Shown piece after piece: positions 24,393-37,556 of a stretch of 64,000 bases of DNA; position 1 is the stretch's first letter, and each line of letters starts with the position of its first letter. The DNA comes from Rhizophagus irregularis (taxonomy: Eukaryota). The position numbers were made by a program, and so were the translations under genes. The notes under the pieces were generated by a model that saw only the letters and a program-made list of their open reading frames with translations, had not been told where the DNA came from and made no database searches. The stretch is from positions 2,790,001-2,854,000 of the forward strand of contig NC_089436.1 of NCBI RefSeq assembly GCF_026210795.1, given 5' to 3'.

Positions 24393-26493
24393 GTGTCAAA
24401 TGAATCGAAAGAAACTGACCCTAAAGAATCAAATATTTATATTGTTTGGTTAGAAAAATCAGTTGCTGATGAACACATCAACTACTATAATTATTCAGAA
24501 TTTAAAAATTTGGAACCGTTAGGAAGTGGTTCATATACTGATGGTTTTTCGCTGTAAAGACTTTCAATACTAATGATAAAATAACGCTAAAAGAAGTTGT
24601 TAATGAAGTATATTATGTATAACAATATAATTTGAACCTTATTAATTCTTATTTTTATTAATCTTCTTGAATTTTTATAGTTTTTATTTATTTATATATT
24701 TATTTACTAAAATTCTTTACTGATAAGATTACAAAAAAAAGTAGTTGTTCGTGAAAATATTTTACGAATCTATGGAATTACAAGAAGTGAAACTGACAAG
24801 TATTAACATAAATATTATTATACTTATACATGATATAATTACTTATTTTCTTTGTGTATTATATTTAGATAAAACATATTCGTTAGTTTTAGAATATGCT
24901 GATAGTAGTACATTAAAAACTTACTTAAGGAAGAAAATTAATGAACTCATTTCAACTAGCTAGTACTATACTTGCCGCCCATTTAAAATCCCCTCCCATC
25001 CCCTCCCATCCCCTCCCCTCCCAGCCCATATCCCATCCCATCCCAAATCCCATCCCTCCCATCCCATCCCAAATCCCAATCCCAAATCCCATCTCATCCC
25101 AAATCCCAAATCCCATCCCAAATCCCAAATACTTGTGTAACATTTCTCCCATTGGCCAATTATCACGTGACGTTACACAAACTCCAAAAAAGGAAATTTT
25201 GCCTCCCGCAAAAAATGGGCGGATTTGGTTTCACAAGTATTCCAAAAAAGGAAATTTCTATGCCGATCACATAATTCCGGCCGTAATATTTTAGTTTTCG
25301 AAGTCTAATGTTAATTCAGGTCAGAATTTAGTTTAAATCCTTATCCTACATACCCCAATTTTTAAGAGATTTACCGATCAGATTTTAATGAAATTTATAT
25401 CATTGGATTTGTCTCGATGCAAGGAATTTAATGGAAGTGAAATTATATTCCCAACATTAATATTGACTAAGTTATTATAAAAAATGTATTTTATAATATA
25501 TATTATTAAATAACATGTATAAAGCAAGCAATAATTGGTTACTTTTAATATAAAAAGTTTTTAAAATATATTTATTCAATTTATTATTTTATATTTTTTA
25601 TTACAATTTAACTTTGAATTAACTTAAACCTATCTATTAATTCATCAAAAAAAGTTTGATTATTTATTTCTAATATATATAATTTGATAGATATTATTAT
25701 TATTGCATAAATATTTAATAAAATAATATTTACAAACCAGGAATTAATTAACTGTTAATCTAAAAAAACAATATCAGCAGATATCATCAAAATTATTAAT
25801 TCAAATAAAATAATCAATATATTACTGAATACTAACTGCTAACATGTTACTTTCAAATAATATATAGTATAAAAATACATTTTTTATAATAAATCAGTCA
25901 ATATTAATTTTAGAAATATGATTTCACTACCATTTAATTCCTTGCATTAAGACGAATCCAAAGATATAAATTTCATTAAAATCTGATCAGTAAATCTCTT
26001 AAAAATTGGGTTTGTAGGATAAGGATTTAAACCTTTATAATTTGTAATTCCGGCCGGAGTTAAAATATAAACTTCGTAAATCTGTTCGGGATCTTAATTT
26101 TGCTCATATTCTGGTAATGGATGCAATGCTGGCCAGAATTATATGATCGGCGTAAAAATTTCCTTTTTTGGAATACTTGTGAAACCAAAATCTCAATTTT
26201 TGCGGGAAGCAAAATTTCCTTTTTTGGGAATTTGTGTAACGTCACGTGATAATTGACCAATGAGATTATTTGGGATAAGGGATGGGATAAGGGATATGGG
26301 ATATGGGTGGGATTGGGATTTGGGATTGGGATGGGATTTTGGCAAATGGGAGGGGATTTTGGCAAAAGGGATGGGATATGGGATGGGATGGGATAGGGGA
26401 TTCTCCCATCCCATTTAATATGGGTGGCAAGTATAGCTAGTACAGTTGCATTTTTATATGAAAATAATATTATCTGTTATTCACCGCGATCTG
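24393..26493 (+). pseudogene. Kinase pseudogene (exons 1-3 of the 12139 type) interrupted by a transposon
   Basis: Start codon is GTG (ATG in the inverted copy). [33 protein letters not shown] then a deletion; exon-2 relic LQKKV..ENILRIYGIT; exon 3 [22 protein letters not shown][insertion]TVAFLYENNII..HRDL|GT. Confidence 0.88.
24967..26435. mobile_element. Foldback non-autonomous DNA transposon (hAT-like, 8-bp TSD), 1469 bp
   Basis: TIR TATACTTGCCGCCCA ... TGGGTGGCAAGTATA; TSD GCTAGTAC (24959-24966, 26436-26443); CCCAT/CCCAAAT arrays left and GGGAT arrays right; inverted similarity extends ~550 bp inward (25331-25500 versus 25865-26033). Confidence 0.93.
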
Positions 26494-26879
26494 GTATAGT
26501 TAACATTTTTAAAAAAATATATTAATTTTTTTTAATGTGCTGAATAAATTTTCTTATTTTAACCTTTTTATATAATTTTTTTTTTTAACCAAATTCAAAA
26601 CATTATTGGCCAAGTTTTAAAAACTAATTATTAAGCGTTAAATGATCGGCAGTTATTTATTGGACAATTAGAACATTTGTCGAATATCATGTGATCGCTG
26701 ATCAACTTTTTTTTGTGCGACATCCATTTTTAATCAACACATCTATTACACAAACTTGTGACCTCCTGCAATGTAATAACGCCCACAAACATAACTTGTG
26801 ACTTAAATAGTTTTTTTATTCATAGAGAAGCCCCAGGTTTACTTTGTAATATTTTGTAAGCAAAAAAAAAAAGTTAAAA

Positions 26880-29800
26880 ATGTCTGAACAAAATGAAACT
26901 GAATTATTTCATCAAAATAAAAAAGAAGCAGAAAATGGTAATAAAGCGGCTATGTATTGGTGGGCTGAATGTTATGATTATGGAGAAGGAACAGAAAAGA
27001 ATTTAGAAAAAGCATTCTATTGGTATCAAAAAGCAGCAGAAAATGGTAATGAAGATGCAATGAATATGTTAGCCAATGGGTATTACAATGGAGAGGGAAC
27101 AGAAAAGAATTTAAAAAAAGCCTTCTATTGGTATCAAAAAGCAGCAGAAAATGGTAATGAAGATGCAATGAATATGTTAGCCAATGGGTATTACAATGGA
27201 AAAGGAACAGAAAAGAATTTAGAAAAAGCCTTCTATTGGTATCAAAAAGCAGCAGAAAATGATAATGATGCAATGAATATGTTAGCCATATGTTATGACA
27301 ATGGAGAAGGAATAGAAAAGAATTTAAAAAAAGCCTTCTATTGGTATCAAAAAGCAGCAGAAAATGGTAATGAAGTTGCAATGAGTAATTTGGCCAATAG
27401 ATATTATTTTGGAGAAGGAATAGAAAAGAATTTAGAAAAAGCCTTCTATTGGTATCAAAAAGCAGCAGAAAATGGTAATGAAGATGCAATGAATAATTTA
27501 GCCAATAGTTATTATAATGGAAAAGGAACAGAAAAGAATTTAGAAAAAACCTTCTATTGGTATCAAAAAGCAGCAGAAAATGATAATGAGATTGCAATGA
27601 ATATGTTAGCCAATGGGTATTACAATGGAGAGGGAACAGAAAAGAATTTAAAAAAAGCCTTCTATTGGTATCAAAAAGCAGCAGAAAATGGTAATGAAGT
27701 TGCAATGAGTAATTTGGCCAATAGATATTATTTTGGAGAAGGAACAGAAAAGAATTTAGAAAAAGCCTTCTATTGGTATCAAAAAGCAGCAGAAAATGAT
27801 AATGAGATTGCAATGAATAATTTAGCCAATAGTTATTACAATGGAGAGGGAACAGAAAAGAATTTAGAAAAAGCCTTCTATTGGTATCAAAAAGCAGCAG
27901 AAAATGGTAATGAAGATGCAATGAATAATTTAGCCAATAGTTATTATAATGGAAAAGGAACAGAAAAGAATTTAGAAAAAACCTTCTATTGGTATCAAAA
28001 AGCAGCAGAAAATGATAATGAGATTGCAATGAATATGTTAGCCAATGGGTATTACAATGGAGAGGGAACAGAAAAGAATTTAAAAAAAGCCTTCTATTGG
28101 TATCAAAAAGCAGCAGAAAATGGTAATGAAGTTGCAATGAGTAATTTGGCCAATAGATATTATTTTGGAGAAGGAACAGAAAAGAATTTAGAAAAAGCCT
28201 TCTATTGGTATCAAAAAGCAGCAGAAAATGATAATGAGATTGCAATGAATAATTTAGCCAATAGTTATTACAATGGAGAGGGAACAGAAAAGAATTTAGA
28301 AAAAGCCTTCTATTGGTATCAAAAAGCAGCAGAAAATGATAATGATGCAATGAATATGTTAGCCAATGGGTATTACAATGGAGAGGGAACAGAAAAGAAT
28401 TTAAAAAAAGCCTTCTATTGGTATCAAAAAGCAGCAGAAAATGATAATGAGATTGCAATGAATATGTTAGCCAATGGGTATTACAATGGAGAGGGAACAG
28501 AAAAGAATTTAAAAAAAGCCTTCTATTGGTATCAAAAAGCAGCAGAAAATGGTAATGAAGTTGCAATGAATAATTTGGCCAATAGATATTATTTTGGAGA
28601 AGGAATAGAAAAGAATTTAGAAAAAGCCTTCTATTGGTATCAAAAAGCAGCAGAAAATGATAATGAGATTGCAATGAATAATTTAGCCATATGTTATGAC
28701 AATGGAGAAGGAATAGAAAAGAATTTAGAAAAAGCCTTCTATTGGTATCAAAAAGCAGCAGAAAATGGTAATGAAGTTGCAATGAATAGTTTAGCCATAT
28801 GTTATGACAATGGAGAAGAAATAGAAAAGAATTTAGAAAAAGCCTTCTATTGGTATCAAAAAGCAGCAGAAAATGATAATGAGATTGCAATGAATATGTT
28901 AGCCAATGGGTATTACAATGAAGAGGGAACAGAAAAGAATTTAAAAAAAGCCTTCTATTGGTATCAAAAAGCAGCAGAAAATGGTAATGAAGTTGCAATG
29001 AGTAATTTGGCCAATAGATATTATTTTGGAGAAGGAACAGAAAAGAATTTAGAAAAAGCCTTCTATTGGTATCAAAAAGCAGCAGAAAATGATAATGAGA
29101 TTGCAATGAATAATTTAGCCAATAGTTATTACAATGGAGAGGGAACAGAAAAGAATTTAAAAAAAGCCTTTTATTGGTATCAAAAAGCAGCAGAAAATGA
29201 TAATGATGCAATGAATATGTTAGCCAATGGGTATTACAATGGAGAGGGAACAGAAAAGAATTTAGAAAAAGCCTTCCATTGGTATCAAAAAGCAGCAGAA
29301 AATGATAATGAGATTGCAATGAATATGTTAGCCAATGGGTATTACAATGGAGAGGGAACAGAAAAGAATTTAAAAAAAGCCTTCTATTGGTATCAAAAAG
29401 CAGCAGAAAATGGTAATGAAGTTGCAATGAATAATTTGGCCAATAGATATTATAATGGAGAAGGAATAGAAAAGAATTTAGAAAAAGCCTTCTATTGGTA
29501 TCAAAAAGCGGCAGAAAATGGTAATGAAGATGCAATGAATAGTTTAGCCATATGTTATGACAATGGAGAAGGAATAGAAAAGAATTTAGAAAAAGCCTTC
29601 TATTGGTATCAAAAAGCAGCAGAAAATGATAATGAGATTGCAATGAATAATTTAGCCATATGTTATTATAATGGAGAAGGAATAGAAAAGAATTTAGAAA
29701 AAGCCTTCTATTGGTATCAAAAAGCAGCAGAAAATGATAATGAGATTGCAATGAATAATTTAGCCATATGTTATTATAATGGAGAAGGAATAGAAAAGAA

Positions 29801-31434
29801 TTTAGAAAAAGCCTTCTATTGGTATCAAAAAGCAGCAGAAAATGGTAATGAAGATGCAATGAATAGTTTAGCCATATGTTATGACAATGGAGAAGGAATA
29901 GAAAAGAATTTAGAAAAAGCCTTCCATTGGTATCAAAAAGCAGCAGAAAATGGAGATAAAGAAGCACAATTTAATTTAGGTGTTTGTTATGAAGAAGGAA
30001 TCAGTATTGAAAAAGATGAAGTTAAAGCCTCTTATTGGTATCAAGAAGCAGCTCAACAAAGATTTAATAATGCACAATATAAACTTGGATTTCTTTATAA
30101 AATTGGCAAAGGAGTAGTAAAAGATTTGGAAAAATCTATCTATTGGTTTAAAAAAGCAGAAGAAAGTACTTTAAATGCAACTGAGTGGATTGAAAATGCA
30201 TTAAAATATGAAAAAGTTAAATTTATATCTTATGAAGAGCTAAAAAATGCAGAACCACTTCATGAAGGAGGATTTGGGCAAATAGAAAAAGCAACTTGGA
30301 CCAAAATTAATAATTATGTTATTTGCAAAAAATTGAAAAATACAAATTATATTAAGAATGATTTGTTGGATGCATTTATTCATGAATTAAAAATGCACCT
30401 GCACCTTAATTATAGCGATAGAATTATACGTTGCTTTGGTATTAGTTTAGGTAATTTGAAATATTTTATATTGCATTTTTTACATTTATTTTACTTTTTT
30501 TTTAATTTCATACAATTTTTTTTTAGATCGAAAAACAAATGAATATCTTCTTATAATGCAATATGCTAATGATGGAGATCTTCAAAGTTATCTTAAAGTA
30601 AATTTCAAGAACTTGACTTGGAATGATAAGAAAAAATTAGCATTTCAAATTGCAGATGGATTGAATTGCTTGCATAATGAAAATATTCTGCACAGAGATC
30701 TTGTAAGTATTAGTATTTATTATTTAATATCATTATAGTACCAAGTAAATAATAGTGTATTTATATAATTTACTTTATTTTAGCATTCTAAGAATATAGT
30801 TATTCATGAAAATAACGCTAAAATTACGGACTTCGGTATTTCAAAAAATCAAAATAATCAAACTTCAACAGCCTATATTGGCAATTTTGGTGTTGTTGCT
30901 TATATGGAACCAAAACGTCTTATAAATCCAAAATTTCCATATACTAAATCTTCAGACATTTATAGCTTCGGTGTATTAATGTGGGAAATTTCTAGTGGAT
31001 GTACTCCATTTAAAGATTGTTATGGAAATGGCCTCGGTATTTCTATTTATAATGGTGCTCGTGAGGATACAATTCCTGGGACTCCTGAAGAATATGAAAT
31101 ACTCTATAAAAATTGTTGGAATAAAGAACCTGAAGAAAGACCAACTATTAATAAAATATTGGATGAATTTAAAACAATGGGTTTAGGAAATATTGTCACA
31201 AGCAATTTAGTTAAAGGTATCATATTTATTTTATTCCTTTATCTTTTATCTATATTGATAATATTGAGAATAAAATGGTATATTTATTATAGATTTAGAT
31301 AATTTAACTTTGGAATCGCAGACCAGTGATCAACTCAATCCAGATTTCTGTAGTAAGTTAATTCTTTACTTATTAAGCTAAGATATTTATATTGAACTAA
31401 TATTTATATTTTATTATATTTAGTTGATGACTGA
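26880..31434 (+). CDS. SEL1-repeat array (28 near-identical + 2 divergent repeats) fused N-terminally to a TKL-type kinase
   Basis: Exons 26880-30450, 30527-30702, 30784-31216, 31293-31352, 31424-31434 join in frame. Kinase motifs EGGFG, VICK, HRDLHSKN, DFG, SDIYSFG, CW..P..RP; ends FCIDD*. Confidence 0.92.
26930..29955 (+). repeat. Coding tandem repeat, 108-bp unit (105 bp in three copies), ~28 copies
   Basis: Near-invariant core GAAAAGAATTTA(G/A)AAAAAGCCTTCTATTGGTATCAAAAAGCAGCAGAAAATG recurring every 36 codons. Confidence 0.97.
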
Positions 31435-32019
31435 AACAATATATAATCTAAAGATTTGAATGATTGTATAATTAAAGATATAAATAATTAGGTATTTATA
31501 GTAACATACGTATATAATGAAAAATTAATTTTGCAAATTAATTATGTGAAATCAATTTTATTTATTTAATTATTTAGATATTAAAAAAAATGAAATTAAC
31601 TAATTATTAAAAGATTCATAGTTTTGACATGATAAATTTGTTTTTTTATTTTATTCTTTTTAGATTTATTTAAATGGCTAGAGTATTAAAGTATTTACAA
31701 ATTTCTTAGTTTGTAATTTAAATAATTCTTTTTTTTTATAGCTTATTCGAATATCAAATATTTATATTCACTTTTACTATTTTACTTAGAATTATTTAAA
31801 CACTGAGACTAGAGCAGTAAATATTTTACAAAGTTTCTAAGTATGTAATTAAAATAAATCTTTTTTTCTATAACTCTTCCAATTATTAAATTTAAGTCAT
31901 CAAATAATAATATTAAGTATATAAAATCATTACCAATGTATGAAATTAAATTAAATGTAAAATTTTTTATAGCTGATCGTATTTAATTTATATTGTTAAC
32001 TTTTATTTTTAAATATTTT

Positions 32020-32600
32020 TCTGATGCATTAATCAAAGTCTGCTAACTATATTCTATTTTGATGCATAAGGACATTTGTGCATGTTGAAATGAATATACA
32101 GTATATACAGTATTAATTTATTGCTTAAAAAAACAAAATGTACAATAATTATTATGTTATCAAATCACAATAAATAATTCTCTCATTACACAAACATTTT
32201 ACAGCACTTGTAAGTTGGGCACTAATTTATATTTATTGTTCCATTCAAGTTTATTAAATTTTTTTTTTAAAGTAGGATTGTAATGATCCTACTCCGTAAA
32301 TAATAAATATTTGTTTTCCATTTTTGAAATCCATAAAATCAGATGCTTGCATGGAATCAATATCACATTGTATTTCTAAATATATTTTATCCCGTTAATA
32401 ATTTCATTAATAATTAAATTAAATGGATATTTTAAAACCATAACAGTATCAGAATCTTTATGATTTGCATGAATAACATTTCTAAAAGGCCTATTACTTA
32501 TTTTTCTTTATTACATAATCATAATATTTAATGTAATTACCTGATATTGCTATTTATAACCAATCAATGTAAAGGTCCATTTGTTCTTCAGTTGGAATTG
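32020..32600 (-). pseudogene. Heavily decayed kinase pseudogene
   Basis: Minus-strand relics in order: DLYIDWL*IAISGNYIKYYDY, FRNVIHANHKDSDTVMVLKYPFNLIINEIIN, LQSYFK..FNKLEWNNKYKL..QLTSAVKCLCNERIIYCDL, TNVLMHQNRI*LADF. An eroded N-terminal part may extend to ~33150. Confidence 0.78.
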
Positions 32601-34877
32601 ATATTTTGCATGCATCAAACCTTTGATGATAAAATATTGTTTTACTGTTATCAACCAGAAAGTATATAATGTAATATTTAATTACACATTCTTTTACTTA
32701 ACTCCATGTTTTTTACAAGATAACCATGTTACAATTGTTACATGTTACCAATACTGCTCATCAAAAAATGTATTAAAGGATTAACAAACTGCAGAAACTC
32801 TGCACATGATTTCTACACAATAGCAAAAAGTATCTTCAGATTAGAAAAAGGATCCATGCAATTTAAACTTTCAGAAGTTCCTTTCTCGTAATGAAAATAC
32901 TATAAAAAAATCTAGAATGTTTGTCAACGTCAAAAAATTTGCAGAAATAACGAAGACCCTAAACATCTATCAAGCAAAAATTAAAATTAGAGACTTTTCA
33001 TCTTCATAGAAGTTTGTACCATTAAATAACTTTCTTCAATCGTTTGTAAATTGTGATGTATTAATTCGAGATTTAAGACACATAAACGGTTTTTTCTTTG
33101 ATGTTGCTAAACGTGAATTCCAAATTTCAATTCGTTTCTAAATCGATTATGTCATTATTACTTCGTTCTATACGTTTCGTCTTATTACCACTGGAACACA
33201 CTCGAGAGATTTGATAAATTTTTTAACTTTATGTACTTAATAAATATATATTAAATGTGCGATGAAACGTCCCTTATAATTATTAATCGATGAAATCATA
33301 AAAATCATCTTAAAATCATCAAACAATCGTGATTAGATATAATAACTAACGATGAATGATACGTAACATTCGGAGAAAATCCATATTGGAAAAAAAAATA
33401 AAAAATAAAAAAAGTATATATAAATAAGGAATGAGTATGATTTAGTATGATAAAGATATTTTTTAACATACTTTAAAATATATTTTAATTAAAAGTTTAA
33501 TTAATTAAACAGTCGGTTGCGCTTACTCCATGCCCGCTATTTATTAAAATAGAATCATTTATTCATGATGTGATCGATTATGTTATTTTTTAACGACCGT
33601 TGTACATTATTTTTTCACAATTTTTACTTAATAAAGGAAAGTGTTTAGAAATGTTGATTTTTGGCTTTTCAAAATATTAATAAAATAAGTTCAATATAAT
33701 TAATTAGTTATTATTTTTTTTTAACCGCAGTACATTTATAAGTTTATTAAAAATGATAAACTACCTATATTCTACTCTAACATTATTAACTTACTTATAA
33801 ACCACTCGTCATTCTTGTAATAGAACCCCACGTGTACGCTAAGTATGAAACGAGCATTCTTAGCAAAATCGCCCTACAGTCTGCGCCTGGTAGACCAAGA
33901 GACCCACTAATTAATTATTTTAGTTTCCAATTTTTAACAAGATTCGATACTATATAAATATAGAATAAAATATATCGAGAATAAAGAAAAATACTAATCT
34001 AATATCACTAATAAAATAACAAAAATAATGAAACATAAAAACAATAAAAAGAAATTATTAGAAACCATTCTTTATAGAGAAAAACTCAGTAAAGGTCATT
34101 TAATTTAACTAAGAAAATCATGTAAAAAAAATAAAAATGAGTTGTCATTCATAATCGGAACTTTTATAACTTTTATTGTCAAATTAATAAAAAAAAAAAT
34201 TACAAATTTACTTATTTTATTTTACCGAAAAAAAGATTTAATAATTAGCCTCTTAGTCCTTAGAGAAAATTCCAGAATTCAGAATTTTCCATATCATAAA
34301 AAAAAATTCCGCGAAGCTGTATTATAGATGTTATTATTTGAGTGCACTTGGGAAATAGGTTGGTTAGTATCGAAGGATTGTTGTTGAATATTATTTTGTT
34401 GATAAACGATAGTGAATCTGTTGTTGAATTAGAGATTGTACATTATGATGATGCAGCAAAAGGTAATCTGGAATACGATTAGGGAACTATTTCCAGTTTG
34501 ATATTACCTCTGTTTTTAGAAAAAGAATTGTTTCCGGGATTACGAAATGTGAAATGATGTAAATTAATTTGTGAAAAAGCGAAATCATTAATTATAATTT
34601 TTTAGTAAATTTACTCCTTTTTTTACAAGTCTTTTAGTCCCCGATTTTAACAATTACTCATCCTTTTTGAACATCTTTTTTTTTCTTTGAAGAAAGATTT
34701 TTTAAAAAAATTCAAATAACTCAATTATATATGAAGAAAAAAAATAAAATATATATATACTAATATACAGTGTATAAATTACATGGTTTAAGATTATTTT
34801 TTTTTTCGTTGCGCAAACGCAATCTTTTTACTGAACGGTAAAGACTAAAGAGTAAAATATTTTATAAAATTTCTACA

Positions 34878-35055
34878 CAGTGAAATTCGGTATAATGGAA
34901 CCATCCGTTCCATTAGTAAAATTTGTCAAAAATCCGTTATATCAAGAATTCCGATATATAAATTAACTATACGTTATGATAATCCCCAATTCCGATATAT
35001 TAAGATTTTACTTATGATCCGTTACATCGAGGTTCCGGTATATTGAATTTCACTG
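34878..35055. mobile_element. Tc1/pogo-like MITE
   Basis: CAGTGAAATTCGGTATA ... TATATTGAATTTCACTG termini and internal TTCCGATATA repeats; the flanks are CA/TG rather than the canonical TA/TA. Confidence 0.7.
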
Positions 35056-37556
35056 TGGTTTCTTCTAGAAAAAAAGAATTTAACACAATATATTGAATCA
35101 ACACTTGAGAAATATCTCTTACTGCAGTACTGCACGATGATACTTTATAAAATAAAAGGGTATTACGGCGCAGCAGGGTAACTTATTACGTATTTAATAC
35201 ATATTGATTAATTAAATATACTTCTGAATTGTAACTATTAAAAAAAAATTATCACGTAACATTATCAACTACAAAATTAAAGATACTGTATTAATGTTTT
35301 ACGGTGTAAATATTTTGAGGATATAATGAAGACGGTTAAAGGTTTGATTATAACTTTTAAAAATTGGGAATTGCAAAAAAATGTCATTATATAATAACCA
35401 GAGTTGGTTTGAAATTTATGGAAGAATCTTTGGATTTGTGTACATAAATTTTAAAGACGACATTATGTTGTGGTGTCAATTAGTAAGCGATGAAGCAAGA
35501 ACCAATCAATATTAATAGACTGAACAATAAATTATCATAAGATTTGTCAAGTCGATCATTAATAACCGATTATCCTGATTTTGGTTATATATTGTACTGT
35601 CGTCCAACATATAAATATGCAGTATTAAATTTCTTAATATCGAAATGATCATCTCGAACTAAAAAATTGAAAATTGAAATACCCAAAGTAGAAATGAGAA
35701 CCCAATTAACAATAATATAAATAATTTTTAATAAACTATTTAATATCTCGATGAATTCAATGATGATTGCATATATTTTAGCCTTTTTTTTACAATGAGG
35801 TAACCAACTATAGTAACTCAATGTTTAAATTGGTTAGTCTCCTTTCACAGGCTAGGTCGATCAGGATAAATTACATCATTACATATGCATGAGAAAAAAT
35901 TTTCTTCCTTTCCTCTCTCTTTTCTTTACGACAATCTCATCGAAATTTTTTATCATTTAAAAAGATTCTTTTCTTTAATAAATAATAATTTATTTTGAGT
36001 TCATGAAAATTCTAGGAAATAAGAAATAGGAAATAGGTGAATTTTTTTTTATTGATTTTGTCATTTTTAATATAATCTAAAAATTTAATAATCCTTTACA
36101 TAACGATACTGTACGCTCCATAAAAATTTTTATTTTATTTTCTGGTAACAGATTCGCTTTGAAATTATTAAAGAGAGTTGACAATTTATTAATAATTATA
36201 TTTTCTTTTTTCTCAGGGTTTGATGAAGAATATATAACTATAAGTGACATTTCTAGGGTCGTTTGATGTTTAATGTAATTTAAAAAATTATATCATTAAC
36301 TGAATCTATAAACGGAGATCTTATAGATGATTCATTTTATTTGGAAAGTGAACTTTCCAAATAGATGTAAGCGATGATGCCAGCATTTATGACATTTATG
36401 TAGTGGGATAATCGCTAAATTTAATTTAATTTAATTTATGTTACGACATATTATTTGATATATGTCGATAAGTTAGGAGGAATATTGTTGTTAATAATTT
36501 TTAATTGACAATATTGTTAAATCTTACTATCAGTTAAGTATTGAACAATTTAGTTTTTTTTCTCTTATCTTATGTCGGTTCAACGAAGCGATATCGTCGA
36601 CGTTGATTAATGAACCGAAAATAAAATTTATATAATTTAACAATTATTGATCATTGTTTTTATGTTCTTGTAACTTCAATTGTTAAAAGTCAATTAGAGG
36701 CTATATGAACATGAATTAGTTAAAAGAAGGTAATCTATATAGAAAAATTATTGTATTGATTTTTCTTTTGTTTAAAAAAAAAATATATATATATACAGTA
36801 TATTAATTTTTTCTTATATTAACCTTTTTTTTCTTCTTCCAATCGACCCTTATAGTCTTTTATCGATTATGTGTAAGGTATTTCCTCGTAATAATATTCT
36901 ATGAATACGGTCAATTAGATTATATGATCATAATAATTTGAATATATTATACTAAAAGAAATTAGGCTGAATTATAAAGTTTAATGGTGATGGCGGGTTT
37001 GATTTATTTACTTTCATAATAGTACATGAGTATTACAAAAATTTTATTGTTTATTTATGAGAATGAACTCTAAAAGACGCGTCTTTTTCTCCAATCTGGG
37101 GCTATTGATGCCTTTTATTAAAAAAAAAAAATAAATGAATAAAAAATTTAAAAGTACTTGATATTAAATAAAATGTTATGATTAATGAGAAACTTTTTTA
37201 ATTATTAATTTTAAAAAATAGCTTTTTTATTTCAACCATTTGAAGATGCAAGTGCAAATCAAAAAATTTTTAGGACTATCTTTCGAGTCAAATGCTACGC
37301 CATATCACGCGGAAACACGTGTTTGAAAACCATAATAATTCTCGTGGCTTAGACCCTTAGACCACAAGTGCGTAGTATTCCAAGTTTTTTTCCCCTAAAA
37401 AAAAAATCTTTTTGTCTTTTTTTTTTATCGTTACCCCTTACAAGTTTTTTCTTCTCTTTTTTACAAATCTTGTTTCCACCTTGTAACTTTCTTTTTTATT
37501 ACTATTATTACTTTTTGCTTTCCAATTTCAAACCAGACTTTTTTATTATTTTCGTG

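Noticed and set aside
24941..26414. Pro-rich and Gly/Trp-rich ORFs; telomere-like repeats
   Set aside because: These are translations of the transposon's CCCAT/GGGAT subterminal arrays; they are not TTAGGG and are bounded by a TSD.
26950..29967. 1005-aa antisense ORF
   Set aside because: It is the shadow of the 108-bp coding repeat: one stop-free antisense unit repeated 28 times gives a long ORF, and its limits coincide with the array.
37368..37556. Hydrophobic N-terminal extension of the Myb ORF
   Set aside because: Non-ATG start and T-rich 5' UTR-like sequence; the first ATG is at 37557.
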